NCBI GenBank assembly: GCA_009859145.1 | Contig: VRVR01000007.1 | Span: 186,001 to 250,000, forward strand | Reading direction: 5' to 3' | DNA length: 64,000 bases | DNA from: Andalucia godoyi And28 | Lineage: Eukaryota > Protista > Jakobida | In this document: positions 32,877-43,718 of the stretch, in pieces | How positions within the stretch are numbered: position 1 is the first letter of the stretch | Layout of the letters: each line of letters starts with the position of its first letter | Translations under genes and position numbers: made by a program | The notes under the pieces: model-generated | Database searches by the model: none | What the model saw: the letters and a program-made list of their open reading frames with translations, nothing else | What the model was told of the DNA's origin: nothing

Positions 32877-34130
32877 TTATTTGAACGCCTGCAATCCAGT
32901 GATAGCGCGTCCAATAATCAGGGCATGCACGTCATGAGTCCCTTCATAGGTGTTGACAGCCTCCAAATTCATAACATGGCGGATGATGTGATATTCATCG
33001 ACGATTCCGTTTCCTCCAAGCATGTCCCGACACTCGCGCGCAATTCTCAGAGCATTTCCGCAATTCATGCGTTTCACCATGGAAATCATCTCTGGGGCGG
33101 CTTTGTCCGCATCTCGCAGTCTTCCAACCTGAAGAGATGCTAGAGTTCCATAGGAAATGTCCGTCACTGCATCCGCAAGTTTCTTTTGAATCAACTGCAT
33201 GGAAGCCAGAGGTTTCCCAAACTGCTTGCGGTCGGTGAGATACTGAACAGCCTGGTCAACACAAGCTTGTGCAGCTCCATTGACTCCCCAGGAAATTCCA
33301 TAACGAGCACTGTTCAAACACGCGAACGGTCCTTTCAAACCCTTCACAGTCGTGAATTTGTACTCCGCTGGAATTCGAACCTCATCCAATGAAATCGACC
33401 CTGTGATCGACGCGCGAAGAGAAAATTTGCCCTCGATCTTCGGAGTAGCAAAGACCCCCTTCTTTACCATGTGTCGATCAACGACAAAACCGCGAATAGG
33501 ATGGCCTGATTCAGATCGGTCCTTTGCCCAGATAACGGCGATATCAGCAATGGGAGAGTTGGTAATCCACTGTTTTGCACCCGAAATGACATATTCCTTG
33601 GTATTCGCATCGAAAACGGCAAACGTTTCCATAGACGACGGATCGGATCCATGATTCGGCTCGGTGAGTCCAAAACAACCGACAATCTCTCCTGTTGCAA
33701 GACGCGGGAGATACTTCTGCTTGACTTCCTCCGGAGCAAACATCCAAATTGGATACATAACCAGAGAAGATTGCACAGACATTGCAGAGCGATATCCAGA
33801 GTCTACTCGTTCAACTTCGCGGGCAACGAGACCATACGCAACCGAGGAAACCCCGGGGCACCCATATCCGTCAATCTGCGGCCCAAGCATTCCCATTTCT
33901 CCCATTTCTCGCATCAGATTACGGTCAAATGTCTCCTTGCGCGTCGCTTCAACAACACCTGGTAACAGGCGTGCTTGACAAAAGTCGTGCACAGAGTCGC
34001 GGATCGCCTTTTCATCCTCGGTCAGCAAAGAATCAACGTTCAGTCCATCGCGCGGATTGAACGGAGTCGATTCAATCTTTGAAGCAAAGCAACGTGCAAA
34101 AGAAGGACGGAAGCAACGACGAGCGAGCAT
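32877..34130 (-). CDS. GCDH: Glutaryl-CoA dehydrogenase, mitochondrial
   Basis: '[24 protein letters not shown]', '[14 protein letters not shown]', 'WITNSPIAD', 'RDMLGGNGI', '[18 protein letters not shown]'; Arg-rich presequence MLARRCFR from ATG 34130. Confidence 0.95.
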   Translation of the reverse strand: MLARRCFRPSFARCFASKIESTPFNPRDGLNVDSLLTEDEKAIRDSVHDFCQARLLPGVVEATRKETFDRNLMREMGEMGMLGPQIDGYGCPGVSSVAYGLVAREVERVDSGYRSAMSVQSSLVMYPIWMFAPEEVKQKYLPRLATGEIVGCFGLTEPNHGSDPSSMETFAVFDANTKEYVISGAKQWITNSPIADIAVIWAKDRSESGHPIRGFVVDRHMVKKGVFATPKIEGKFSLRASITGSISLDEVRIPAEYKFTTVKGLKGPFACLNSARYGISWGVNGAAQACVDQAVQYLTDRKQFGKPLASMQLIQKKLADAVTDISYGTLASLQVGRLRDADKAAPEMISMVKRMNCGNALRIARECRDMLGGNGIVDEYHIIRHVMNLEAVNTYEGTHDVHALIIGRAITGLQAFK

Positions 34131-34415
34131 GATGACAAACTGGTGACGCTTTGGTTGCAAGAAGAAAAAATGCAGGAAGAAACTCCCAACGTTGCGCAAC
34201 TTCATTTGTTTATTTGTTTGTTGTTTGCTGTTGTTGTTTTTGACGGCGATTGCACGATTGCGCGTGCACAATTTTCGTCATCTACAGGACCAAATAAACC
34301 CAAAGGGCGAAGACACGCATTGCGCAGACTGCGACGGCTCGTTGCCCACAAATCATCGCAATTCGTACATGTCAAGGGATGCTTCGCAGAGGGAGTTTTC
34401 TCACTTTGCAAAGAG

Positions 34416-35030
34416 ATGTTTGACGATGATCTGCGGCTTTTGAAGGAACATGTACTCTGTAGGGTCGTGCAAAAGATAGCAATATGGGAGACTCCGAAAA
34501 TCATCCGAAATCCGTGTTTCTGGTCGTTTCTCTCGTTGTTTTTTGGTCTGTTTTGTGCTGTGACTATATTCCTTGATATTCCCATATTTTCTCTTGTGTT
34601 TTGGCTGATTTCCCGTATATGCGACGGCCTGGATGGAGAAGTAGCCCGTTTCTTTAAATCGTCTAGCTCTTTCGGTGGCCTGGTAGATTTGCTGTTCGAT
34701 TTTGTTTTGTACACTCTGATTCCTGTCGAGATTTGCTTTATGCAGAAGTCGCCATTGACTGCAGTAGTGTACTTATTGTCCGTTTTATTCAACCTTCTCA
34801 TATGGATGTATATATCGTCAGTGGTAGCCGGATGCAAAAAGCCATCGAGAACGTCGATCGTCATGCCTTCCGGACTCATCGAGGGAGGAGAGACAGTCAT
34901 CGTGTTTTCGATACTTGTCGCTCTGCCTCCGGATTACAGAACAGCCATTATCCAGATATTTTCTGCTCTCATTTGGGCAACTTGCGTGCAGCGGTTCAGA
35001 TGGGCCTACAGGACATTGAATGCAATATAG
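34416..35030 (+). CDS. CDP-alcohol phosphatidyltransferase family protein, bacterial YnjF-like
   Basis: Full signature DGxxARx8Gx3Dx3D (DGEVAR-FFKSSSSF-G-GLV-D-LLF-D), several TM helices, 'GLIEGGET' C-terminal motif; ATG 34416 (MFDDDLR). Confidence 0.85.
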   Translation: MFDDDLRLLKEHVLCRVVQKIAIWETPKIIRNPCFWSFLSLFFGLFCAVTIFLDIPIFSLVFWLISRICDGLDGEVARFFKSSSSFGGLVDLLFDFVLYTLIPVEICFMQKSPLTAVVYLLSVLFNLLIWMYISSVVAGCKKPSRTSIVMPSGLIEGGETVIVFSILVALPPDYRTAIIQIFSALIWATCVQRFRWAYRTLNAI

Positions 35031-35376
35031 CGCGTTCTTTGGGCGCCAGGAACTGGCAGCTGGGTCAGTTCCCCAATTTAGCATACTCACAACCACCTGG
35101 TACGTACATACACAAGCTTGCGATGCTCCGAGCTGCCTTTTATCTTTGGTCTTCATCCTTGAGGCTTTCGCCGCGTTGGGAAAAACACCAAAGATCAAAA
35201 GCAAAAAAAAAAAAAATGCTGTAGCTGCTGTAGTTCCGGTCCCGGGGTTTTGCGTCCTTTTTGTTTCCCCCAATGCTTCTTCGAGGTCTTTTTCCCGCCG
35301 AGATTTAACAAAACATTTTCCGGTAAACGACGCACCATTATTATCTGCTGGATCGGTCGATCACGCTCGCTCTCGA

Positions 35377-36621
35377 ATGAGTTTGCAAAGACCTTTGATG
35401 TCTGTGTTGGAGAAGCTCCTTCATGTTTGCAACAGCCTTGGCGTCCCAGTGTGGCTCGATTTTGGCACACTGCTCGGCTGCGTCCGCCACAACAACATCA
35501 TTCCTTGGGATTGGGATGTTGATGTAAATATTTGGGACACGGACTCTGACCGACTGTTTGCATATATTGCTGCAGGAAATTGCTCCGGGATAAGCGTGGA
35601 TACACTTTACTACGGAGAAGATTCCTGTGCATACGTTTTCGATACAATGAACCCCGATGTGGGAATTGACTTGATTTTGTACCATGTAGATACGGACAAT
35701 CAGCTATTGCAACATCGGATGTCCTCGAAGATTGTAGAACAGTACGAAGGCGTGTACACGCATGACCTGGGAGATGTTCTGCCCCTTCGTCGTGTCCTAT
35801 TCTTGGGAAACGAAGTGTTCATCCCAAGCCGGGCTACCATCGTTCTGGAGCAGAATTACGGAAGTGATTTTATGACCCCGTTGAGTGCTGATTTTGAAAG
35901 GTGGAAGAATAGCGCGGATGGAGATGAAAGATGTTGCCGGTCTCCGTTCGTTTTGATACCGGAAGTTGCAAGTGTTTCGGAGGGCTTGCGTACTCATCGT
36001 GATGTACCTTTCATCGTACGCAACTGTGCTCAGACGTTTCCTGCCGCAGACCGGATAGTCTCCAGTTTGATGAAGGAATCTTCTTCGACTCTTTTTGGGT
36101 ACGGAAGCTCCCCGCAAACTGAAAGCGAGGAGGCTCTCACCGGTTTCATCGATCCTGCAGTTGCCTTGGCTCGGTTGCGAAGCGGTGAACTGAATTTGAA
36201 CATTCTCGATTCTTTTTCGAGCGATCCCACATTGAATCCTTCCATCATCGAACAACATCAGTCTCTCTCAGCCAAGTCAAAGGGTGAGTCTTGCTGCTAT
36301 GTTTTGACAAATAGGAACACTGTGACGGCGTTTCACACGGACCCACCATTCGGTTCCGGTTGGATGTTTCTCTGTTACGGCTGGAAGATTTGGTGGATCA
36401 TCGCTCCCAGCGATTGGAATGCGCTGCAGCAAAATGGCGTTTCCGAAGATGCTCTCAGCAAAATGAGCTTCACTGACGCTGTGCATGCTTGTGACAAGTT
36501 TTTATGGGGGAAAATTTTTGTAGGCAGCATCCGGGACGGTGATTTTATACATTTTCCACAAAGTGCTCCTCATTCGGTTCGTTCGTATGCGGGATGCTTT
36601 GGAATCTCTGGTTATGTTTGA
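35377..36621 (+). CDS. LicD-family nucleotidyltransferase-fold phosphotransferase fused to a C-terminal JmjC/cupin 2OG-Fe(II) domain
   Basis: LicD motif 'WLDFGTLLGCVRHNNIIPWDWDVD' and 'VLEQNYGSDFMTP'; JmjC motifs 'TAFHTD' (HxD), 'GWKIWW', 'GDFIHFP..PHSV'; ATG 35377 (414 aa). Confidence 0.85.
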   Translation: MSLQRPLMSVLEKLLHVCNSLGVPVWLDFGTLLGCVRHNNIIPWDWDVDVNIWDTDSDRLFAYIAAGNCSGISVDTLYYGEDSCAYVFDTMNPDVGIDLILYHVDTDNQLLQHRMSSKIVEQYEGVYTHDLGDVLPLRRVLFLGNEVFIPSRATIVLEQNYGSDFMTPLSADFERWKNSADGDERCCRSPFVLIPEVASVSEGLRTHRDVPFIVRNCAQTFPAADRIVSSLMKESSSTLFGYGSSPQTESEEALTGFIDPAVALARLRSGELNLNILDSFSSDPTLNPSIIEQHQSLSAKSKGESCCYVLTNRNTVTAFHTDPPFGSGWMFLCYGWKIWWIIAPSDWNALQQNGVSEDALSKMSFTDAVHACDKFLWGKIFVGSIRDGDFIHFPQSAPHSVRSYAGCFGISGYV

Positions 36622-37852
36622 GGTCTTCGACGCCCCATTCGGAAAATAAGAAAATGCTGAAACCAAACCACTCGCAGTAGTGACATGCAAACCTCGTCCG
36701 GAGATTCACCTCGAGGATGCTATTTGGGCATCGTATGCTTTCCAGTGGATTACAACGTGAGGGGCGACAAACTTCCCCTCTCGACGGCTGAGTCATTATC
36801 ATGAAATCCTTGTTGCTCGTAAATATTTTGCGTAATACTTTGTGATGTTGAATCGCATAAGATGGGAACCTACTGCGGTTGGGCCGGTTTGTTTTTGTTT
36901 TTTTTTGGAGAAACTCTGGTAGCAAGTGGCAAAGAAAATGTCGAAACTTCTAAGGCTCGATTCCTGGGTTAGTCGGAAGGGAAGAGAGAGAGAGACGGAG
37001 TCTGCGGTTGCGATGGCTTCAAACAACTTGTTGATCATGAATCTGAAATGGTTCGAGCTCCAAGATCGTTGATGAAAAGCCGAGTTTATCCGAGGCAGAG
37101 AGCCTCCGAAGACATCGTCTTTCTGGGTAGGCAACGCAGAACATAAGAAAGAGAAGTTTTTGATGCAACACGGAAAAGAAGGATATCAGTGAACCCGATG
37201 GCGAAGTCAATATCCTGAAAAAAAAAAATAGAGAACGTCGCAGACACCGGTCAGCGAAATTCGCATTCATCGGACGGTGTCAGCCACCAGTGCTGTTCTC
37301 GCGAAGGCCCTGCGGAAAATGCCGTCCGCCCATAATTCACTGAACGACTGTGTGCAAAAAAATCATGTGAAGTCGATTTCGAACCTCCGAGCAATTCCAT
37401 CGGATAGTATGGGAATCTCGGGGAAAGCGGCATTAGAAGACTTGAAAGCATCCCGGTGACTTAACGACCTGCGCCGGGGGCGCAAATAGCTGGAGACGAG
37501 GAAGAATGAGATAATAATCGCAAAACGGCGGCAAAATAAGTGTTTCGACTAAAGACTTTCGCCATACATAACACCAGCTGGAGAGCAGAAGTGTGTGGGA
37601 GCTCAGCAACGACATCTAGCACTTCTGCAATATGCCGATTGCAATAGTTAGTGTATCTCGAAGTTCCGCTGACACTCTCTGTTTTCCACTTCTTTGATGC
37701 TACGCCAGTGTATTGTCAACATCGAAACAAAGATATAGGTGTGACGAAGGCCGACGTAGTGGATGTCACAAAAAGCCTGCGAAGATCTTGCTCTAGAACG
37801 AAGGTACCGACGGTTATGGCGAGCAATATGCAACTATTTGGAATTATTGCAG

Positions 37853-38216
37853 CACCAACTGCGCCGAAAGGTCTGTCAGCTGCCCCTTGAATGCCAAGCG
37901 TGCATTTCCAACAGGAATCGCGGACGTCGTGATCTGCAGCATGGGACACGGTCCCAAGAAACCATTCACATTTGCATTCTTTTTCTGTACCCAAATTCTT
38001 ACGGGCCGCAAGTTGTGACGAAAACCACTCATGTCTTTGATGTTGCAGACTGCAACACAATGCTGACCGTCAGTGGCAGACAGCCCAATTTGTAACCGCG
38101 GAGGTGGATGCTTCTCCTCAAGATTCGAGTTTTCATCCTCCAATAGTGTACAGTCTGTTGGAAATGCACGTTTCACATTCCACGGGTAGCTAGAAAACCT
38201 TTTGGCGCTGTTGGTA
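37853..38216. repeat. Imperfect inverted repeat: 63-nt arms (37853-37915 / 38154-38216), 238-nt spacer
   Basis: Arms align without gaps at 49/63 nt by manual count. Confidence 0.7.
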
Positions 38217-39403
38217 TTTCAGCACAGTCAAACCCCGTGTCACTGACAACATGTCGAGGGCAGTTCGAGTGATTTTTCTGTGACTTCCGCATGGCTGACC
38301 AGCTCCGACATCGTGCCGAAAATGCACGTCGGAACTGTCTGTTGTTGGCAGTTTTGCCTCGCAACTGAGTGGATAGTGTTGCATTCAAGTTTTGAAAGTC
38401 ACTTGTTTGCAGTAGCTTGCAGCAAAATCCTATCTTTGAAAAAGCATTTCGTTCTTTTTTTGTAGTGGATTATAGCTCGAAACATCGCAATTAACGTACA
38501 TCCTACTGCTTTGTGCTGTTGTGCTCTGATCTGTGCAGAATCCGATGTGTCCGTTTTACCAACCTGTTGGAATTTTTTACTTCAACACTCTACCAGCAGT
38601 TTCCATCGTTTTATGGGAGATGGCTGCTGCTATCAGACGGATGTTTTGCGCGTGTTTTGGATTGTTCCGTTGGGGCGACTGGCGTGCATTGAAATGCTGG
38701 ACGCTGATCACAATGCCGCAGGAAGGCTTGTTGCATCTGAAAGTTTCTTGACTCTATCTGGACTCTCATGATCCAGATGAATTTTTGACTTGGTTGACGT
38801 TTGCGATTCGTGCTTTTTGTTCTTTGTTCTGCGCTATGATGTGCTCAAGCACGTCAGATTTCTCCTACTCAATGGCACTGGACTAAAGGAACAAAACATG
38901 AAACACGTCTTTTAACTTTATCGTGACCAACCTGACGGCATCAGGCAAGTAACTTCGGCTGGCACTGGAACTTTCACCAAGGATGATTTTTGTTTCCACA
39001 TGACGAAGACGATCCTGCGAGATCTGACTATGCGCGTGCATCTGCTGACAGCAAGACGCACGCAGTTGGACTCCAGCTTCTGGTCTCCAGAGCCTTGTGT
39101 TCGCAACTGTTTCTTCCTTTGGAAATCCACAATGAGCAACCCGCATGTTGATCGCCAACATTTTGACGGTATCATTGAATCCTCGATTTCTACAAACCAT
39201 ATCTCCGCTCCTCAAAGCATCGGATTTCTTTCTTTCGAATCCAAATACGATGTTGTATCTGCTGTAAGTCGGAGGTTCTGCGGTCTTTCCAGCATGCGTC
39301 CTTGTTTACATTGCGCAATCTCGCATCCATTCCAGTGACCCTTTCTCCCGAGCTTTTTGACAATGAGCCCTACCCGGGAGTTGTTTGAGAGCCAGCGTTC
39401 ACA

Positions 39404-40690
39404 ATGAAAGTTTGCGGAGTATTATCCGGAACATCTGCGGACGGAGTTGATGTTGGGATAGCGGATATCCGAAAGGAAAATGATGATGAAGTCATGTTTT
39501 TGCATTCATTTGATTGTGTTCCGTACCCAGCAGAGCTACGCACCCGGATTATGCGGGCCATGAGCAACGATCAGCTGCGAATTCAAGATATTTGCCGACT
39601 CCATAAAGATGTTGGAGACTTTTTTGGAAAGGCGGTGGCCATTGTTTGTACGCAGAATGGCATCCCACCGGAAAGCATTCACCTCGTCGCGTCGCATGGA
39701 CAAACTGTCTGGCACGAGGTTTCGGATGGGAGAGTACATAGCACTCTCCAGCTGGGGGATCCTTTTGCAATATGCCAATCTTCTGGTGTCAATAAGATTG
39801 TTTCAGATTTCCGGAGTGGAGATGTTGCCTTTTTCGGTCACGGGGCTCCGCTTATGACCGAGTTTGATTGCGAGTTTTTGAGGCCTCGTGTGACCGGGGT
39901 GATGCATGTGCTCTTGAACATTGGAGGAATCAGTAACCTTTCTGCATTAGACGCACTCCATCTATCTGCACTATCATGTTTTGACTGCGGCCCGGGCAAT
40001 TGCTTGATCGACTCTGCTATGCTTCTTGCCACAGATGGCCAGCTGTCCTTTGACGAAGATGGCGCATTTGCAGCCGATGGAAACGTGAACACAGCCATTG
40101 TCGATAGATGGACAGAAACATGCTCATATTTTGTCCAGATGCCCCCCAAATCGACGGGAAGAGAACTTTTCTCACCGTCTTATGCGAAACTGTTATTTGA
40201 CGAGTGCATTCAATGTGGAGGGTCCCCGGAAGATGCCATATGCACGATTACGTATTTTACTGCCATTACGATTGTGAATTCACTGTCTTTTCTTCCTCTA
40301 CAAGATTATCAGACTGTGAGAATCATGGTGAATGGTGGCGGATGGAAGAACAGGACACTGGTGACCATGATGCAGCACCTTATTGAGAAACGAATACACG
40401 GTCCACAAGTATCTTTGCAATCACTTCAACAATCCGTGGACGAGGGTTTGTATCCGCGAATCAGAATGTCCTCGAGTATTGATTTTGCGGATGCCAAGGA
40501 ATCTATGCTATTTGCTTGGCTTGGATTCATTCGAATCAACAACTTGAAAGTATGTTTCTTTTACGTTTCACTGGCCCAAATATGTCTAACGCCACACTAT
40601 TTTCTTCTTCTTCAGCCAAAGTATGTTTCCCATTCCACTGGTGCAACTCGTCAAATTTTGCTAGGATCCATATCAGATGCTTCCAGTTGA
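39404..40690 (+). CDS. anmK: Anhydro-N-acetylmuramic acid kinase family (AnmK/levoglucosan kinase), with a 66-nt in-frame intron at 40550..40615
   Basis: 'GVLSGTSADGVD', 'SHGQTVWH', 'STLQLGD', 'VSDFRSGDVA..GHGAPL', 'LNIGGISN', 'FDCGPGNCLID', 'PPKSTGRELF', 'AKESMLFAWLG'. Intron GTATGT..CTAAC..TTCAG; removing it gives an AnmK-like C-terminus (..SHSTGA..LLGSI). Confidence 0.9.
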   Translation: MKVCGVLSGTSADGVDVGIADIRKENDDEVMFLHSFDCVPYPAELRTRIMRAMSNDQLRIQDICRLHKDVGDFFGKAVAIVCTQNGIPPESIHLVASHGQTVWHEVSDGRVHSTLQLGDPFAICQSSGVNKIVSDFRSGDVAFFGHGAPLMTEFDCEFLRPRVTGVMHVLLNIGGISNLSALDALHLSALSCFDCGPGNCLIDSAMLLATDGQLSFDEDGAFAADGNVNTAIVDRWTETCSYFVQMPPKSTGRELFSPSYAKLLFDECIQCGGSPEDAICTITYFTAITIVNSLSFLPLQDYQTVRIMVNGGGWKNRTLVTMMQHLIEKRIHGPQVSLQSLQQSVDEGLYPRIRMSSSIDFADAKESMLFAWLGFIRINNLKVCFFYVSLAQICLTPHYFLLLQPKYVSHSTGATRQILLGSISDASS

Positions 40691-43423
40691 AACACGGCGT
40701 GTTCCAAATGGTCGCCTAACTTTCCCAGAGATGCACGCGAATTGGATAACAAGGCAGACAGCAACGATTTTCTTTCTTCAACCTGAATGACCAGCAAGGG
40801 GAAAATATGCAACAAGAGGATTAGTTAGCAGTTCCACATTAAAAAAGGAACAAAAACAAACAACAAAATAAAATATAAATAAATAGATAGAGTATCTGGA
40901 ATACATACTGGGAGCTCGAGTGACTGAACAGGACACGGGTCTTGTACGAGAATGTCTAGGAGTTTCAGAAAACTCTTAGAAAATATCTCTGCTGATTCTC
41001 GCTCTGCAAAGTACATGAAAAGATCGCTCAAGATACTCTTGATCAACGGCACATTCTTCTCAAGCAAGAAGAGTCCAGGAAGGAATCCCCAAACTACTTG
41101 TAACGTGGATTGATCAGACAAGGGCAATCTACTGGGCTTTGTGATTTTCGATGCAAGTTTGCTGACGACAGATATCCTATGAAACAAAGGAGGGAGCTCA
41201 CACAATCGATGGTGGTGTCCCAAATAATAGATACTAGATTTCCCCTGCGAGGCACTGTATACCAGTCCCCCGTTGGTGATGACAACAACTCGATCGCCAT
41301 CAACGGACCAAAACTCAGAAATCTCTTCGACCGTTTTGCAAAACACACACGGATAGAATTGACAATGGCGCGTGTCATCGAGGCATATGAATTGAACAAC
41401 CGGTCCTCCTGGCTTCATTGACGAAAGTCCGACACATGGAGCTTTGTTAATTAGTGAAAATCGAAGGTCTCCAATGTTACCGATAAATACTGGGGGAGAA
41501 ACAAGGACACCTGATAGCAAATCCCAGCAATAGAAACATGTATCGGAAACGGCACATACAAAAGAGCAAGAGGGAAATGATACACAGAAAACCCGTGTTA
41601 GTCGTTCAAAAATGACGCATTTCCAAATCTCACTCTGAGCATACAATGACAGAACCGTGCCAGTGATATCGTCTCTGAAGTACCCGCGGACAGTGTAGTC
41701 AAACGCACCATCAACAACCAACGCATCATCTTTCACAACATATGATCGACATGTAATCAATGATGAGTCGACCTTGGCGCGCTTAGATGGGGGTGCTGAT
41801 GCATCCATCACCAGACTATTGTGCACATCATTCCCAGATGCCATTCCTTGCACAACAAAACGTGAAGACAACAATCCCGACAGAGTTTCAACTTTCTTAG
41901 AACCTTCATGAACGGGAGGAGGAGTGGACACTGGAGAGGCCATTGAAGTGACGAGGATGGGGTTGATACGCTTTTTGCCGGATTTCAAAATCTCCACAGT
42001 CTGGATCGTGGAACCTGCAGGAGGCTGTGGAGCGTCAGTTTTTCCAACACTTGAAAGCAGAGCGACTGGCGTAACTGCAGAAACTTCAAAAGCATCCAAA
42101 GGGACCTTAGTGCCAGTTTCAAAACCTAGAAATCCGTCACCGTAAATCCGTCTGAACGTCAATCGCAAATCAGCTGCGTCACAGCGCTGTCCAAGAGCAT
42201 CGTCACGAAATGTGACAAGCACAACAGTGCGTGCAACAAGCAAGAGAGAGTTTCCCAGCGGGCTCCAAACAATGTCACGAACATCTTCCTTGAAGACATT
42301 GGCAAGTGAACACCATGGCTCCCGCTGAAGTAAATTGAAGATCTGGACAGAACGGTCCATGCTTCCAACTGCAAACCAAAAATAACTAGCAAATGAGTCA
42401 GAAACAGAGCGCCGAAACAATGTTTGATTGAATCTAGAGCAGACAACGGTGCTCTCGCAAGGTAACGTGACAATGCCATCATCACCAAAATGCCAGTCAT
42501 CTCCCTTTTCTTGCTCGGCTACTGTGCATTTGAGGCCGAATAACCGCACAATCTCTGTTCTTTGAACCACACATACGACCGGGGATTTGTCTTCTGGGCT
42601 ATGGACATGAGGAATGACGAGCATCTCACCTGTGGGGGACCACGATAAGCGGCTAAAGAAACTATTGCAAATCGTTTTTCTAGCCGAAAGCCAAGTTCTG
42701 GGAAGCAATAGACGCGCAGACCGATCACTGAGGCGAATAGCAACCAATCGAAAATCAGCGCCGCATGAAACAACGAACTCTCCAACAGGATCCCAGATGA
42801 CTCCCTTTGCGTGATTTTCATGTTGGAAAACGACGTCTGAAACTACATCCGGAGTCCCTTCTATTTTCCACAGGCGTACCGAACGATCAACGCCACAGCT
42901 TACAATCGATCGCGAATCGGGAGACCAAGCAATATCCACACAGTCATCCTTGTGTCCTGTCAATTGCATTTTGCAATCCCATCTTTCCGGAAGACTATGA
43001 CTATCCGTGTTCTTCATGGAAAATGCGTACAAGCGAACTGCACCATCATCCCAAGCTACTGCTAGCCATCTCCCGTCCGGGGAAAATCGAGCAGTGTTTG
43101 GGTTGTGCTGTTGCGAAATTTCTGCGAGCAAGCCTTTAGAAGAAGTTTTGTCGGAATCTTCAGGCTCTTCAAACGGCGCTGCATCCCAAATTCGAACCTT
43201 TTTGTCTGCATATACGAATCCCACATCACCAATGTTTTTGTTAGTAAATTCTCGCGAATGCTTGAGACGAAAAACATAACAGAAAAAACAAGACACGAAA
43301 CATACCTAAACCGCAAGTGACAAATCGGGAGCCATCAGGATGAAAATCTGCGGAAAATATGGACTGGCCATGGGAAATGGACCGCACCCTCCTGACAGAA
43401 AAAGGAAACGACGAATTTGCCAT
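40651..43423 (-). CDS. HIRA: HIRA histone H3.3 chaperone; predicted exons 43423..43306, 43205..40909, 40782..40651
   Basis: 'IFSADFHPDGSRFVTCGL|DKKVRIW', 'LTGHKDDCVDIAWSPD', 'KGVIWDPVGEF', 'FFSRLSWSPTG', B-domain 'ILKSGKKRINPI'. Introns 43305..43206 and 40908..40783 both have GTATGT donors, CTAAC branch sites and CAG acceptors, and both restore the frame. Confidence 0.85.
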
Positions 43424-43718
43424 AGAATGCACTCAGTCTCTTGAAAGAATCGAAAAGAAACTCCGTTCGTCTCGACTGCTCTTCTGGAATTGTGTCAAAC
43501 AAACTAGTAAGATGTGGGCAGGGAAAGAGAGAGAGAGAGACACGCGCACACACACAGAGGGGAAATGCAGCTTCCCAGAACGCATCGTCGACAAACGTCG
43601 ATGCAAGAACGGAGCCGTTCAAAAGTTGGTTGCCGACGCTTCGACCGTCGATTCCGATTTCTTTGGCCTGTTTTATTAATCACCAAACATTTAGAACTGC
43701 TATTTGACAGTTGGGTTG

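Noticed and set aside
36620-36900. PyrI-like zinc-binding gene (minus-strand RCPN...CHYCE)
   Set aside because: The second Cys of the first pair is missing, the frame overlaps the LicD-JmjC end, and there is no convincing start.
37398-37412. Third copy of the 13.4/50-kb element (15-nt match CATCGGATAGTATGG to 13407-13421)
   Set aside because: None of the other blocks follow in order, and a 15-nt match between two positions of a 64-kb window is near chance expectation.
34416-40690. Bacterial contamination or prophage island
   Set aside because: AnmK carries a canonical spliceosomal intron, the genes are interleaved with GCDH and HIRA, composition is unchanged, and no phage or integrase genes are seen.
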